Positions 10,237-21,400 of a DNA stretch of 64,000 bases are shown piece by piece. Within the stretch, counting starts at the first letter, position 1. Each line of letters opens with the position of its first letter. The position numbers and the translations under genes were made by a program. Location of the stretch: the NCBI GenBank assembly GCA_965226795.1, contig CBDDDZ010000005.1, forward strand, positions 64,001-128,000, in the 5' to 3' direction. The notes beneath the pieces are model-generated. The model had not been told where the DNA came from and made no database searches. It saw nothing but the letters and a program-made list of their open reading frames with translations. The DNA comes from Candidatus Latescibacterota bacterium. GTDB lineage: Bacteria > Latescibacterota > UBA2968 > GCA-2709665.

Positions 10237-10770
10237 TTATTGTCGCCGTCGATCGCGGGAGAAGACACCCAGACGGTCATAATCCATGCCTACAATGACC
10301 GCGACCTGTTCCATGAGGTAAGGGTCCTGGACGATCTGTTGTATATGTGTCCGAAGCCCCATTGCGCTGGCCACCCTGCGGGCGTTTTCAAGGTTGCCCG
10401 TCCGGTCGATGACGATGGTTTCGGGATAGTTGAAGCTGTCGGCGTTCTTCCACGTCATGACGTCGAAACCGGCATCACGCAGATGACGACTCACTTTTTC
10501 CGCGATACCGGAAACGCCGCAGCCGTTGAGTACTTCGATGCGGATTACCTTGAACGAATCCGGCTTTGGTCCGGCGAGCGGTTCCGGCTTCGGTGCGGCG
10601 GAAAGTTCAGGCTTCGCCCTGGCAGGAGGCTCAGGCTTCGGCCCGGCGACAGGTTCCGACTTCAATTCGACGGGAGGGGGTTTCGACGGCAGGCGTCGCT
10701 GGATGTCGAGGGCGACGAGCGCTGCAAAGGCCAACGCCGCCAGAGCAGGCAACACGATTTTTCGTGACAT
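10237..10770 (-). CDS. Membrane-anchored LytR C-terminal-domain protein
   Basis: N-terminal TM, Pro-rich linker, IEVLNGCGVSGIA and VIVGMD motifs; next to rsfS. Confidence 0.85.
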   Translation of the reverse strand: MSRKIVLPALAALAFAALVALDIQRRLPSKPPPVELKSEPVAGPKPEPPARAKPELSAAPKPEPLAGPKPDSFKVIRIEVLNGCGVSGIAEKVSRHLRDAGFDVMTWKNADSFNYPETIVIDRTGNLENARRVASAMGLRTHIQQIVQDPYLMEQVAVIVGMDYDRLGVFSRDRRRQ

Positions 10771-10855
10771 GTGCTATGCCCGAAAAACGGAACGGGACAC
10801 TGCCCGGACCGGCCGGACGCATGTCCCGTTTGTAGGAGTAACCGGGAGATGAATA

Positions 10856-11332
10856 TCAATACCGATATCTGCCTCTGGATCGACCATAGGGCAAATTGCT
10901 GAACTGAATTTCGATTTGGATGTTTTCCCTGGGCTGGTAAAACATGCCAACATATGGAATGACAAGCTTCGTGTTGTTACCCAGAGAGGATCCGAAGGCG
11001 GAGTTGCCCTGAAGAACGTGTTCAAGGCCGACTTGCGCCTCGAACAACAGGGGCGTTTTCGAATTTGCGCGATAGCTGATGGTATTCAGATAGTACTGGC
11101 TTGCGCCACCGAAGGCGCCTGAACGGAAGTTGAATCCGACCGTGTTTTTGAACGAAAGCCGGCCGGAATCGAACAGACTCTTGAATTTATTGCCCAGCCC
11201 GAAGGGTTTGGGGGTAAAATCGACTGTTTTCAGGGCGGAAATGTTCGCCGGCCGGGGTTCCAGCCGAACTTCCGCAGAGGCCAGAGAGACTGTGAGAAAG
11301 AAAACCGCCAGTGCACCCGTTAGCATTTTCAT
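10856..11332 (-). CDS. Secreted hypothetical protein
   Basis: Signal peptide MKMLTGALAVFFLTVSLASA after GGAGGA RBS; beta-strand-rich C-terminus. Confidence 0.65.
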   Translation of the reverse strand: MKMLTGALAVFFLTVSLASAEVRLEPRPANISALKTVDFTPKPFGLGNKFKSLFDSGRLSFKNTVGFNFRSGAFGGASQYYLNTISYRANSKTPLLFEAQVGLEHVLQGNSAFGSSLGNNTKLVIPYVGMFYQPRENIQIEIQFSNLPYGRSRGRYRY

Positions 11333-11598
11333 TTGGTCATTCTCCTCCATTCCCGGTCTGAATCGAATCCGCAGACTGCAACAAAGAATACGACAATTGA
11401 ATTCGCTTGTCAAGGGCTATCGACGCCAATCAGCATCCGACGATTGTTGGACGTTTGACAGGCAAAAATGGTTCCATAATCCATCTACCGGCGTTACCGC
11501 ACCGTTGAACAGCCCTGTGCCACGCATCCGGCGTGCCCGTTGAAAATGCCCCGCCTCGTAATTCAGGCATACGCGCCTGAACGTTACTTGCGGATCGT

Positions 11599-12720
11599 CT
11601 ATGCCTCTTTCATAAGTTCCACAAACCGGTCGAAGAGATATTCGGCATCGTGCGGGCCGGCGGATGCTTCCGGGTGATATTGTACGCAGAAGACGGGCAG
11701 GCGCTTGTGTCTCAACCCTTCCAGGGTGTTGTCGTTCAAGTTGATGTGGGTGACTTCCATCTCCCGGTGATCCAGCGAATCCGCGTCGACGGCGAACCCA
11801 TGGTTCTGGGACGTGATTTCCACCTTGCCGGTATCCAGTTCTCTGACAGGCTGGTTGGCGCCGCGGTGACCGAATTTGAGTTTGTACGTTTTTCCGCCAA
11901 GGGCCAGACCCAGAAGCTGATGGCCAAGACAGATGCCGAATGTGGGTTTGACGTGCATGAGCTGTCTGATGTTCTCCACCGCGTACGTGAGCGGCTCGGG
12001 GTCGCCGGGCCCGTTCGACAGGAAGATTCCGTCCGGATCGATTTCGAGCAGTTGATCCGCAGGGGCGTCCGCCGGAAAAACAGTGACGTCGCAGCCCCGG
12101 CTGACGAGGTGCCGGAGGATGTTCCGCTTGACGCCGAAATCGTAGACGGCCACACGGAAAAGGGGGTTTTCGCGGAGCATATCCGCACGTCCGCTTACAT
12201 AGTCGAACAGGCCTTCGGTCCAGCGGTAGGGTTCGCTGCAACCTGCCGCGCGGGCGAGGTCACGTCCCACCATACTCGGCGACTTTCGGGCCTTTTCTAC
12301 GAGGCTTTCCCGGTCCCGGTCCAGGGTGGACAGGACGCTTTTCATGGCGCCTTCCGTACGGATGCGCCGCGTGAGAGCCCGGGTGTCGATCCCCTGTATG
12401 CCGAGGACGTCGTGGCGTTTCAGGTAGTTCCCGAGGGATTCGCAGGAGCGCCAGTTGCTGGGTAGTTCGCAGTATTCCCTGACGACGAATCCTTCCACCT
12501 GGGGCCGCCCGGACTCGACGTCGTTCGGATTGACGCCGTAGTTTCCGATGAGGGGGTAGGTCATCGTGACAATTTGACCCTTGTAGGAGGGATCGGTGAG
12601 AATTTCCTGATAGCCGGTGATGCTGGTGTTGAAGACGACCTCGCCCTCGCATTCACCGGACGCGCCGAAGGATTCTCCCTCGTAGCAGGTACCGTCCTCC
12701 AGAGCAAGTATGGCTTTCAT
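11599..12720 (-). CDS. carA: Carbamoyl-phosphate synthase small chain
   Basis: [42 protein letters not shown]. Confidence 0.98.
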   Translation of the reverse strand: MKAILALEDGTCYEGESFGASGECEGEVVFNTSITGYQEILTDPSYKGQIVTMTYPLIGNYGVNPNDVESGRPQVEGFVVREYCELPSNWRSCESLGNYLKRHDVLGIQGIDTRALTRRIRTEGAMKSVLSTLDRDRESLVEKARKSPSMVGRDLARAAGCSEPYRWTEGLFDYVSGRADMLRENPLFRVAVYDFGVKRNILRHLVSRGCDVTVFPADAPADQLLEIDPDGIFLSNGPGDPEPLTYAVENIRQLMHVKPTFGICLGHQLLGLALGGKTYKLKFGHRGANQPVRELDTGKVEITSQNHGFAVDADSLDHREMEVTHINLNDNTLEGLRHKRLPVFCVQYHPEASAGPHDAEYLFDRFVELMKEA

Positions 12721-12803
12721 CGGTGGGGTTCACTCCTCAGGGAGGTTGGCAGGCATGTATATTTCAAGGTCGCGGGAGTCTTGTTCTACATGTGTTGTTC
12801 ACG

Positions 12804-14123
12804 TCATGCGTCTCCGGCCGGTTCATCGCCGTCGTCTCCGGCCCGGTGCGTCACGCGTCCCCCGAGGATTGTCAGAACGGCTCTGCCGGTCAACGTGTAC
12901 CCGTGAAAGGGCGTGTTCCGGGACCTCGAACGGAACGCGTGGGCGTCAACGGTCCAGGAACACGATGGATCGATTACCGAGACATCTCCCGGCGTGCCGG
13001 GAGAGAGGGTGCCGCCTGCTATCCCCAGGATCCGGGCGGGTGTCGCGGTGAGTTTGCGGATAACTTCGGATGCCGGAAGGATGCCGGGCTCAACCAGGTG
13101 GGTGAAAAGGGTTCCCACGGCGGTTTCCAGCCCCAGAATTCCGTTGGGCGCTTCGGGGAAGCGCTGGTGTTTTTCCTGAACGGTGTGCGGCGCATGGTCT
13201 GTGGCAAGAACGTCTATGGTACCGTCGGCCAGGCCCTCCAAGAGGGCATCGCGATCGTCTGCCGAACGCAGGGGGGGGCTCATCTTGCCCTGGGTACCGT
13301 AAACGCGCACGTCTTCGTCCGTGAGCGCGATGTGGTGCGGTGTGGCTTCGCAGGTGACGGCCAGGCCCTCGGACTTGGCCCGGCGCACGAGGTTCACGGC
13401 ACGGCGAACACTGATGTGGAGGATATGCAGGCGGCCGCCGACGGCGCGCATCAGGTTGATATCGCGCTCCACCAAGGCGGCTTCGCCTTCGGCCGGCATG
13501 CCATCGATTCCCAGTTCGCGCGAGACGGCGCCTTCGTGCATGTGCCCGCCTCTTGTGAGCGCGAACACCTCGGAGTGCGGGCAGACCGGAAAACCGTGCT
13601 GTTCCGACCGGCGCAGGAGATCGCGCATAACGGCGTCTGACTCTATAGGAAGACCGTCGTCGGAGAAACCGACGGCGCCGGCATCGATCAACGCCCGGAT
13701 GTCCGTGAGTTTTGCCCCTTGCATCCCTTTTGTCGCGCAGGCGATCGGATAGACCCTTGCATCCGCCTGTTTGGCCTTATTCAGAATGTATTCGACGGCT
13801 TCCGGGGAATCGATTGGCGGGTCGGTGTTGGGAAGGCAGGCTACTGCGGTAAATCCTCCGGCCGCCGCGGCCCGGCACCCGGTTTCCAGTGTTTCCTTCT
13901 CGGGAAACCCCGGATCCCGCAAGTGGACGTGCATGTCGATGAGGCCAGGTGCGACCAGGTTTCCGGTGACGTCGATGACGTGGGCATCGGCCGGGGGTTC
14001 GATTCCTGCGGCAATACGGTCGAGGCGGCCGTTCAGGATCAGAAGATCCGCGGACGTATCCACTGCATTGGCGGGATCGATGATCCGGCCGTTTTTGAGG
14101 AGAATTGGGGTGGCCGTGCTCAT
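12804..14123 (-). CDS. pyrC: Dihydroorotase (multifunctional-complex type)
   Basis: DMHVHLRDPG, PNTDP, FSDDG, ATDHAPH, SRSRNTPF; start at MSTATP. Confidence 0.95.
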   Translation of the reverse strand: MSTATPILLKNGRIIDPANAVDTSADLLILNGRLDRIAAGIEPPADAHVIDVTGNLVAPGLIDMHVHLRDPGFPEKETLETGCRAAAAGGFTAVACLPNTDPPIDSPEAVEYILNKAKQADARVYPIACATKGMQGAKLTDIRALIDAGAVGFSDDGLPIESDAVMRDLLRRSEQHGFPVCPHSEVFALTRGGHMHEGAVSRELGIDGMPAEGEAALVERDINLMRAVGGRLHILHISVRRAVNLVRRAKSEGLAVTCEATPHHIALTDEDVRVYGTQGKMSPPLRSADDRDALLEGLADGTIDVLATDHAPHTVQEKHQRFPEAPNGILGLETAVGTLFTHLVEPGILPASEVIRKLTATPARILGIAGGTLSPGTPGDVSVIDPSCSWTVDAHAFRSRSRNTPFHGYTLTGRAVLTILGGRVTHRAGDDGDEPAGDA

Positions 14124-14299
14124 TCGGGGACGGGGCGGCGACAGTCGAGGGATTTTGGATGCAAAGTTACCGCCGGGGGCCATTTCTGTCAAGCGGATTC
14201 CTTCGAAGAAAGGCGGATCGGCTTCACTCGGCTTGCTGTTTCGCAGGACCGTGCGTATCTTGGTCTAAAACTCGCGTCGGATTCGAATGGAGGCATACA

Positions 14300-15430
14300 A
14301 TGGTTTCGGTATTTCTGATAGCGCCGGTTCTTGTGGCGGTGTTGCTGGGTCCATCGAGGGCCGAAGGGTCTGAGTGGGACGATCCCGTCCTGCCCTTTCG
14401 TGCGATGCCCGGACCGGAAGATTTGAAGATCTCATCCGAAGAGGACGAGGGATTCCTGGAGGAGGTGCTGCGCGGCATCTTTCCGGAAGGAACGGAGGGA
14501 TTGACGGACGAGCAGAAGGGGATCGCGATTCTGCGGTACGCGTCATCGGCGCTGGAACTGAAGAACAACGGCGGGTCCGCCACGAAGATTATCAGGGAGG
14601 GCTACGCGATCTGCGGCGGGCTCTCGCACGTGCATCGGGTGCTTTGCCGAATGGTCGGACTGCCTTCCCGGTATATCGGCGCGTTCAATCTCCGTCCCAT
14701 CATGGGCAGCCACGCAATCAGCGAGGTGTATTATGGCGGGAAATGGCACTTGCTGGACCCCACGTTCGGTCTCTTCTTCTATTCGAAAAAGCAGTATGAC
14801 GGCACGGGAGAAATCGCGTCTTTTCACGATCTTGTGATGGCGCCGGACCAATGGACGGCGTTCAAGGTGGTGGATCGGCCCTGGATCGGCCGGTACGACG
14901 ATGCGGTGCGGGCGTATGGGGTTGCGGCGGCGGAAGAGGATTATCTGAAGGATGTGTACAGGACGTCGATTCTGGAACTCTACGGGAAGTACGCGGCCGA
15001 GGCATTTCCGATCGCTTACGGACATCGCGACCCGGTGTCCTATCCGGTCGACGCGGACCTGACGGAAGGGGAAGAGATGCGGGTTGGCGAGGTGGACGGG
15101 AATTCCGTGGACGTGCTGAGAATGGTGACGAACGGGTCCGCTTACGTGGGCGGCCACTACCTGGGCGGGTCGTATCCGCCCGGGTTTCATACCTGGTCGA
15201 TCAGGACGCCGGGGCCGTGTCGTCTGCGGATCGAGTATTTCAGTACCCAGGACAACCCGCCCGGCCTCAAGCCGTCTCCTTTGAAAGCCGCGCGAATCGT
15301 CTCCGTTCACACCGGGGGGAGAAGGGTCGCTATCGACCTCCAGGCGATTGGGCCGGAGGTAATAGTGTCGGTATATTGCCCTGAAGGCACGTTTGCCGTG
15401 GATGCCGTTCGGGCTGTGCGGGTGCGCTGA
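14300..15430 (+). CDS. Secreted transglutaminase-like (Cys-His-Asp) protein
   Basis: Signal peptide; GYAICGG, HAISEVYYGGKWHLLDPT; GGAGG RBS. Confidence 0.75.
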   Translation: MVSVFLIAPVLVAVLLGPSRAEGSEWDDPVLPFRAMPGPEDLKISSEEDEGFLEEVLRGIFPEGTEGLTDEQKGIAILRYASSALELKNNGGSATKIIREGYAICGGLSHVHRVLCRMVGLPSRYIGAFNLRPIMGSHAISEVYYGGKWHLLDPTFGLFFYSKKQYDGTGEIASFHDLVMAPDQWTAFKVVDRPWIGRYDDAVRAYGVAAAEEDYLKDVYRTSILELYGKYAAEAFPIAYGHRDPVSYPVDADLTEGEEMRVGEVDGNSVDVLRMVTNGSAYVGGHYLGGSYPPGFHTWSIRTPGPCRLRIEYFSTQDNPPGLKPSPLKAARIVSVHTGGRRVAIDLQAIGPEVIVSVYCPEGTFAVDAVRAVRVR

Positions 15431-15617
15431 ATGGGTCCGCCGCCGGAGACCCTGTATCCGGAAAGCACGACAACCGTTTTTCCAGGATATTCATCAGCAT
15501 CGGCGGGGTATCCCATGCGCCCCCGGCATTGCAGGTCGGGGCCGCGGGACGACGTTGGTTGATCCTGAACTTGCTCAAGGATATGATTGGTGAACTCGTA
15601 TCGGATGGAGTGCGAAA

Positions 15618-18125
15618 ATGATTCAGATCTTGCGTGAGAAATATCCCCGGCTGTATCGTCCGGTCGACGATCCGCAATACAGGTTCGAACCGCCGGGGGA
15701 TGGGGCGCGAAGACAAATTCTCCATAACATCCTCGCGGATTGCGAGATTTATTATCCTCAACGTCCATGGAAACGGATTCCGGAACGACCGCATAGCCCG
15801 CACCCGTACCACCAGCTGTACCTCACGTTCTATACGGGGATGCACGCAACCGCGCTGATGGAGAATTATGCGTTCGCCTGGCGGCTGACAGGAGATCCGC
15901 GCTGGTTGAAACGGGCCAGGGATTGGCTGCGCGCGACGTCGGAATGGGAGCATAGCGACCGGGTGGAGGAGCATTTCTATACGGCCAACCGGTATATGCA
16001 GGCATTTGCGCTGGCGCTGGATCTGCTCGACGACGCGCTGCAGGACGTTGAGAAAGAACAGGCCACCGACTGCCTGGTTCGGCTGATGAACCGCTGGTGG
16101 CCGGACGTGGAACGGTCCAGGCATTCCTCGGATGGTCGACATCACGCCGTGGTGGACAACGGGCATTTCGGCGTGGCGGCCCTGTATCTGCTGGGAAAAC
16201 ACCCCGATGCGGAAGCCTGGGTATCGGCCGTGATCGACCGGTTTCGCAACGGGGTGATGCCCCACGGCTGCGGGCGGGACGGCGAGCCCGGCGACGGGCC
16301 CACGTTCTGGCCGTGGGAGAATCTGTGGATGCTTCACTTTGCCGACGCGCTTAGAAACGTGACCGGTGAAGATCTCTACAAGGATTTCCCTAAGCGGCTG
16401 GAGCGGCCCTTGAAGTGGTTTCGGTATCACCTGGCGCCGCCGAAGGTGATCGAAGACAGGCTGTATTATCCGCAGAATTCAAATGTGATATCGGGCAGTC
16501 AGCTCGACGCGTGTTCAGTCACCCTGCTTCGCCTGGCGCAGGAGGCCGGGGACGCGGAGATGCGTGACGCGGCGCTGGGCGATCCCAGACTGGGAAGGCT
16601 GTACAGATTCGGAATGGGCGTGAAGGGCACCATGGCGGAGTGTATGGTCGCTTACGGCCCGTATGCTTATTGCTATTGTGATCCGGAGTTCCGGCCCTCG
16701 CGTCGCAGGGCTGAATTGCCACTCTCCAGAATGTTCATGAGGGCGCACTATGGCGAGTCAGGGCTATTGCGCAGCAGTTGGAGCACGGACGCGGTCGTCT
16801 GCAGCGTGGCGGGATACAAGGGCGGGGGCGCGCATGGGTTCATGAATCTGCACGCGCAGTGGGCCGGATATCCGGTTTTGCAGTCGATCTCCGCGGAGGA
16901 GGCGCAGCCAGTCGCCTGCGGAAGTCTTCCCTTCGTGGGCGGACAGAACGAGATCGTCGCGTTTCTGGGGCGGCTGCATTCGGGGGTGCGGACCGACCGG
17001 TTACGCGTCCGGTCCATTCGAACCGATCATGAATACTGGTTGTTGAAGGGGGCGTCTCCAATCCTGGTGACGGCTTTGAGACGCCGGCGCCGTGGGGTGA
17101 AGTTGATGCGTAAAGGGGATGATGGCTTCGTGCGATTGAATGGACGGGACTATCTGCAATACGAACGCGAGCCGTACTTCAATCCCAGGGCGGGTGAATT
17201 GAGGATGCGTTTTCGGCTGAACGGTGTGAGCCGGGAAGACGGCCCAGGGGTTCTCTTCAATACGGGAATCGGCGTGGGGCGAGTCATGGGGAGCCGGGTG
17301 AATAACTATTCGCTGGTAATGATGGACGGGAACGCGCTGACATTTGCCGTGCAGAGCCAGCGGAACACGTCGGTGGAGGTGGTATCGTCGGAGAAGATCG
17401 AACCCGCCAGATGGCACGATGCGGCAATCCGATGGGGCGGGTTCAATCGGAAGGGAGACAATCCATTTATAGAGATCGAAGTGGATGGTCACCGGGAACG
17501 GTGCGACGACCCTGCGGTCTTCGGTGAACTGGGGGTGGATTCTCAGAACCTGGAGTCGCGTTCGGATCCCAGGACGTTCTACATCAAGTCGAATACCGTG
17601 CTGGCCTTCGGCGGTGCGGTACAGATGCCGGGGACGGGGCTGAAATACGACCTCGACATGGTGGACCTGAAGTGCCCGGGGCGAAAGCGGTTGAGATTGG
17701 ATTTCGAGAAGGAACTGGGCCCCGAAACCGGAAGCGCCGCGCTGGGATGGAAGTTGAACCCGGTGGATCTACGCGAGGTACGGTCGAATCTCGCACGGTT
17801 CGGCGCAGGGGAACGGACGATCGATACGCTCCCGCTTTACGGCGAGGATGCCGGTTTCGAGCAGGAGGAGGTCCCCTTCGCGCCCGCCGGACTCGCGGCG
17901 GGGAGCCTGAAGAGCTTTGTCCCGGGGGGTCGGGATGCGAGTACCCGTTTACAGCTGTCGACCCACGGAGATATCCTGGTGTTTGCTTTCGTAGACCGCC
18001 AATTGGATGCACGAGTCCTGTCCGGCGAGAACGGGTTTGAGATTGCCGCCGGAAGAGAGCGGTACGCGTTCGAAGTAAACAGGACCGGCGAGGAGATCCT
18101 GACAATTATTACGGGGAGCACCTGA
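15618..18125 (+). CDS. Heparinase II/III / DUF4962-like lyase-fold protein with LamG-like insertion
   Basis: Helical toroid motifs (AFAWRLTGDPRWL, ALALDLL, DALRNVTGEDLY), LLRSSW, and LamG-like segment (LNGRDYL...WHDAAIRW...IEVDG). Confidence 0.6.
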   Translation: MIQILREKYPRLYRPVDDPQYRFEPPGDGARRQILHNILADCEIYYPQRPWKRIPERPHSPHPYHQLYLTFYTGMHATALMENYAFAWRLTGDPRWLKRARDWLRATSEWEHSDRVEEHFYTANRYMQAFALALDLLDDALQDVEKEQATDCLVRLMNRWWPDVERSRHSSDGRHHAVVDNGHFGVAALYLLGKHPDAEAWVSAVIDRFRNGVMPHGCGRDGEPGDGPTFWPWENLWMLHFADALRNVTGEDLYKDFPKRLERPLKWFRYHLAPPKVIEDRLYYPQNSNVISGSQLDACSVTLLRLAQEAGDAEMRDAALGDPRLGRLYRFGMGVKGTMAECMVAYGPYAYCYCDPEFRPSRRRAELPLSRMFMRAHYGESGLLRSSWSTDAVVCSVAGYKGGGAHGFMNLHAQWAGYPVLQSISAEEAQPVACGSLPFVGGQNEIVAFLGRLHSGVRTDRLRVRSIRTDHEYWLLKGASPILVTALRRRRRGVKLMRKGDDGFVRLNGRDYLQYEREPYFNPRAGELRMRFRLNGVSREDGPGVLFNTGIGVGRVMGSRVNNYSLVMMDGNALTFAVQSQRNTSVEVVSSEKIEPARWHDAAIRWGGFNRKGDNPFIEIEVDGHRERCDDPAVFGELGVDSQNLESRSDPRTFYIKSNTVLAFGGAVQMPGTGLKYDLDMVDLKCPGRKRLRLDFEKELGPETGSAALGWKLNPVDLREVRSNLARFGAGERTIDTLPLYGEDAGFEQEEVPFAPAGLAAGSLKSFVPGGRDASTRLQLSTHGDILVFAFVDRQLDARVLSGENGFEIAAGRERYAFEVNRTGEEILTIITGST

Positions 18126-18139
18126 TAGTTTACACCGGC

Positions 18140-18270
18140 CCTTCGCCGACCCTTCGACCCTTCGACAGGCTCAGGGACCGCAAGCTCAGGGCAGGGCTTA
18201 TGGGCAAAGCCTCAGAGTGCAGGCTCAATGACGTTCGTTGAGCTTGTCGAAACGAGCTTGTCGAAATGCG
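18140..18270. repeat. CTTCGACAGGCTCAG / GAGCTTGTCGAA REP cluster
   Basis: CCCTTCGACCCTTCGACAGGCTCAGG followed by inverted GAGCTTGTCGAAACGAGCTTGTCGAAATG. Confidence 0.65.
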
Positions 18271-18465
18271 CGTATCGACAGTCCTTTGCCGACCCGTTGA
18301 TAGCAGATTACAACCGTGGCCGCATTCCTCAATAAGAAGAGCGGCTTTTTTAGTAAGGTAGAAACTTAAGCGCCGATAAATGAAGCAAATTTTCAACTCG
18401 ACCCGTTTCGAACCGTTTCGACGCTTACCTTATCTCTTTGAAAAAGAGAGCCACGTCATCTGGTT

Positions 18466-21400
18466 GTGTCCGAACAAAATAACGGCGCACCGGTCGAATC
18501 GTTATCGAGTTTGGTGAATATGGATTCCGATCTTCTACATCGCTGCCTTTCGATCGACCTCGAAGTCGGGAAGAATAACGGCCGCATTCGCGCATTTGCC
18601 GCGGTTCGCGTGGATGCAGATCAATCCTTCATTTTTCAAAAGGGAAACCTGGCGACGGCGTTGACGGAACTCGACAGATTCGCCGATGACGCGGCCCTTC
18701 TGCTCGGCCATAACCTGATCGCCTTCGATCTGCCACATCTGACCGCGGCGAAATCGGATCTCCGTCTGCTGAAGTTGCCGGCCGTGGACACGTTGAAACT
18801 GAACCCCCTCGCCTTTCCCCGGAATCCCTATCATCACCTCGTCAAACACTATCAGGACCCACAGCTCAAACGGGGGCGCATAAACGACCCGGAACTCGAT
18901 GCACGCCTCGCGCTGAATCTTTTCCGTGACCAGTGGCGCGCGTTGGAAACGGTCTGTGAGAACACTCCGGACCTGCTCCTGGCGTGGCATTGGCTCACCG
19001 CGCCTGCAGCTGACGGGGCAGGAATGGACGCCTTCTCGGGAAATGAAAGGGCTGGCTTCGGCGCCTTTTTCTCCGCGCTGCGGCGGTCTCAACCACCGTC
19101 GGACGTGGAGGCGCGCACAGCCATAGGCAGCCTGCTGAAGGGCAACGCCTGCCAGAATCACGGTCAGTCTTTTGTGGAGAATATCGATCAGGGCGCCTGG
19201 CCCCTTGCTTACGCCCTTGCCTGGTTGTCAGTTTCCGGGGGCAATTCGGTGATGCCGCCGTGGGTACGACATCAGTTCCCTGAGGCCGGTAAGCTGGTTC
19301 GCCAATTGCGGGATAAGCCCTGCGGCCAGTCGGACTGCGAATGGTGCAGGGATCGACATGACCCGCGTAAGGAGCTTAAACGCTGGTTCGGCTTCGACGA
19401 CTTTCGACCGGAACCGACGGACGAAAAGGGCCGCCCGATGCAGCAGGCCATCGTCGAGGCTGCGATGGCAGGTGAGCACGTTCTGGGCATTCTGCCCACC
19501 GGCACGGGCAAGTCGCTCTGCTACCAGATTCCGGCATTGTCGCGCTATGACAAGACCGGCGCTCTCACGGTGGTCATTTCGCCCCTGGTCGCGCTCATGG
19601 CGGACCAGGTTGTGGGGCTGGAGGCGCGGGGTATCGGCTCCTGTGTCGCGATCAGTGGGCTGCTGTCAATGCCTGAGCGTGCCGATGCGCTGGACCGGGT
19701 GCGACTCGGGGACGCGGCCATTCTCCTCGTCTCGCCTGAGCAACTCCGCTCGCGATCCCTGCGAAGGGTACTGGATCAGCGCGAGATCGGCGCCTGGGTG
19801 CTGGATGAGGCTCACTGTCTATCCAGGTGGGGGCACGACTTCCGGCCAGATTATCGCTACATAGGTCGCTTTATCCGCGAAAAGGCGGGACAGGGGCCGA
19901 TCCCGCCGGTACTTTGTCTGACCGCGACGGCCAAACCCGACGTGGTGGCGGACATAAAGCAGCATTTCCAGGACGAACTTGGGGTTGAGATAAGCGTGTT
20001 CGACGGCGGGGCCCACCGCACGAATCTGGATTTCGTAGTCGTCCAGACGACCGAACCGGAGAAATTCGCGCACATACATCAGATACTGATGGCCGACCTG
20101 CCCCCGAAGACGCCGGGCGGTGCCATCGTTTATTGTGCAACGCGTCGTCAGACGGAAGAGGCGGCGCAGTTCCTGCAGCTTAAGGAAGTCGCGGCGGAAC
20201 ATTTTCACGCGGGGCTGCCCCCTGAGACGAAGAAGCGCGTCCAGCAACGTTTCATTAGCGGCGAGTTGCGGGTGATAACGGCCACCAATGCCTTCGGCAT
20301 GGGCATCGACAAACCGGACGTGCGGTTGGTGATACACGCCGACATCCCGGGCTCGCTGGAGAACTACATGCAGGAGTCGGGCCGCGCCGGACGAGACAGG
20401 AAGATGGCGCGCTGCGTGCTTCTCTATACGTCCGAAGACGTGGAGCGGCAGTTCGGCATGTCGGCGTATTCGCGGCTCTCCCGGCGGGAGATCCACGGCG
20501 TTCTGAGAGCACTCCGAAACCTGGATCGGAAGAAGCGTTTTGGAGGTGAGGTCGTCGCCACCGCCGGTGAGATATTAGGCGAGGACGACGAAAAAGCATT
20601 CGAGCGGGACTCCGCCACAGACGATACCCGCGTGCGAACGGCCGTCTCCTGGCTCGAAGAAAGCGTACTGCTGACCAGGGAGGAAAATCGGGTTCAGGTA
20701 TTTCCCTCGTCTCTTAGGGTGAGTTCAGTGGAGGAAGCGGGCACCAAGCTCGCAAAGCGAGAAATTTTGGACGAATATCGGCGGCAGCTGATGAAATTAG
20801 TCGAAGCTCTGATCGATGCCGATCCCGACGAAGGCATCTCAACCGACGAACTGATGGGTGTGTCCGGGCTGAGTGCGGAAGGCGTGCGAGGAGCCTTGTA
20901 CGCCCTGGAGCGGCTGGGCATCGCCAGCAACGATACGGCGCTGACCGCCTTCGTCCACGTAGGAGTGCCGCGCAACTCCCGGAAGCGCTTTGATGAGGCA
21001 ATGGAATTGGAAACTGCGCTGATCGCACATATGCGCGAGGCAGCGCCGGATCTGAACAAGGGAGACGCGTCGACACTGCACTTGCGCGTCGCCGCCCAAA
21101 CCCTGAGAAACGCGGGAGTGGTTAATCCGTTGCCCGAATTCTTGTGGCGCATTCTCCGTAGTATCGCTGCCGATGGGCGGGGTGAAGGCGGCGACGCGGG
21201 CAGCCTGGGGGTACGACGGCGGGATACCGAGACGGTGCACGTCGAATTGCGACGCGAGTGGCCTGACCTCGAGGAACTCGCGTCCCGTAGGCGCGAGGGG
21301 GCAAAACTTTTGCTTGACCACTTGCTGTCATGCCTGCCCCCTAACAGTCGCGGCACGGACCTGCTTGCCGAGACCACCCTCGGTAAGCTGTTGGACGCGA

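Noticed and set aside
11599..14123. pyrC-carA without carB/pyrB as an unusual pathway
   Set aside because: Split pyr/car operons are common; the partners may be elsewhere in the genome.
8271..18270. CRISPR array from GAGCTTGTCGAA repeats
   Set aside because: Short, irregular, inverted copies in two small clusters with no spacer periodicity and no cas genes.
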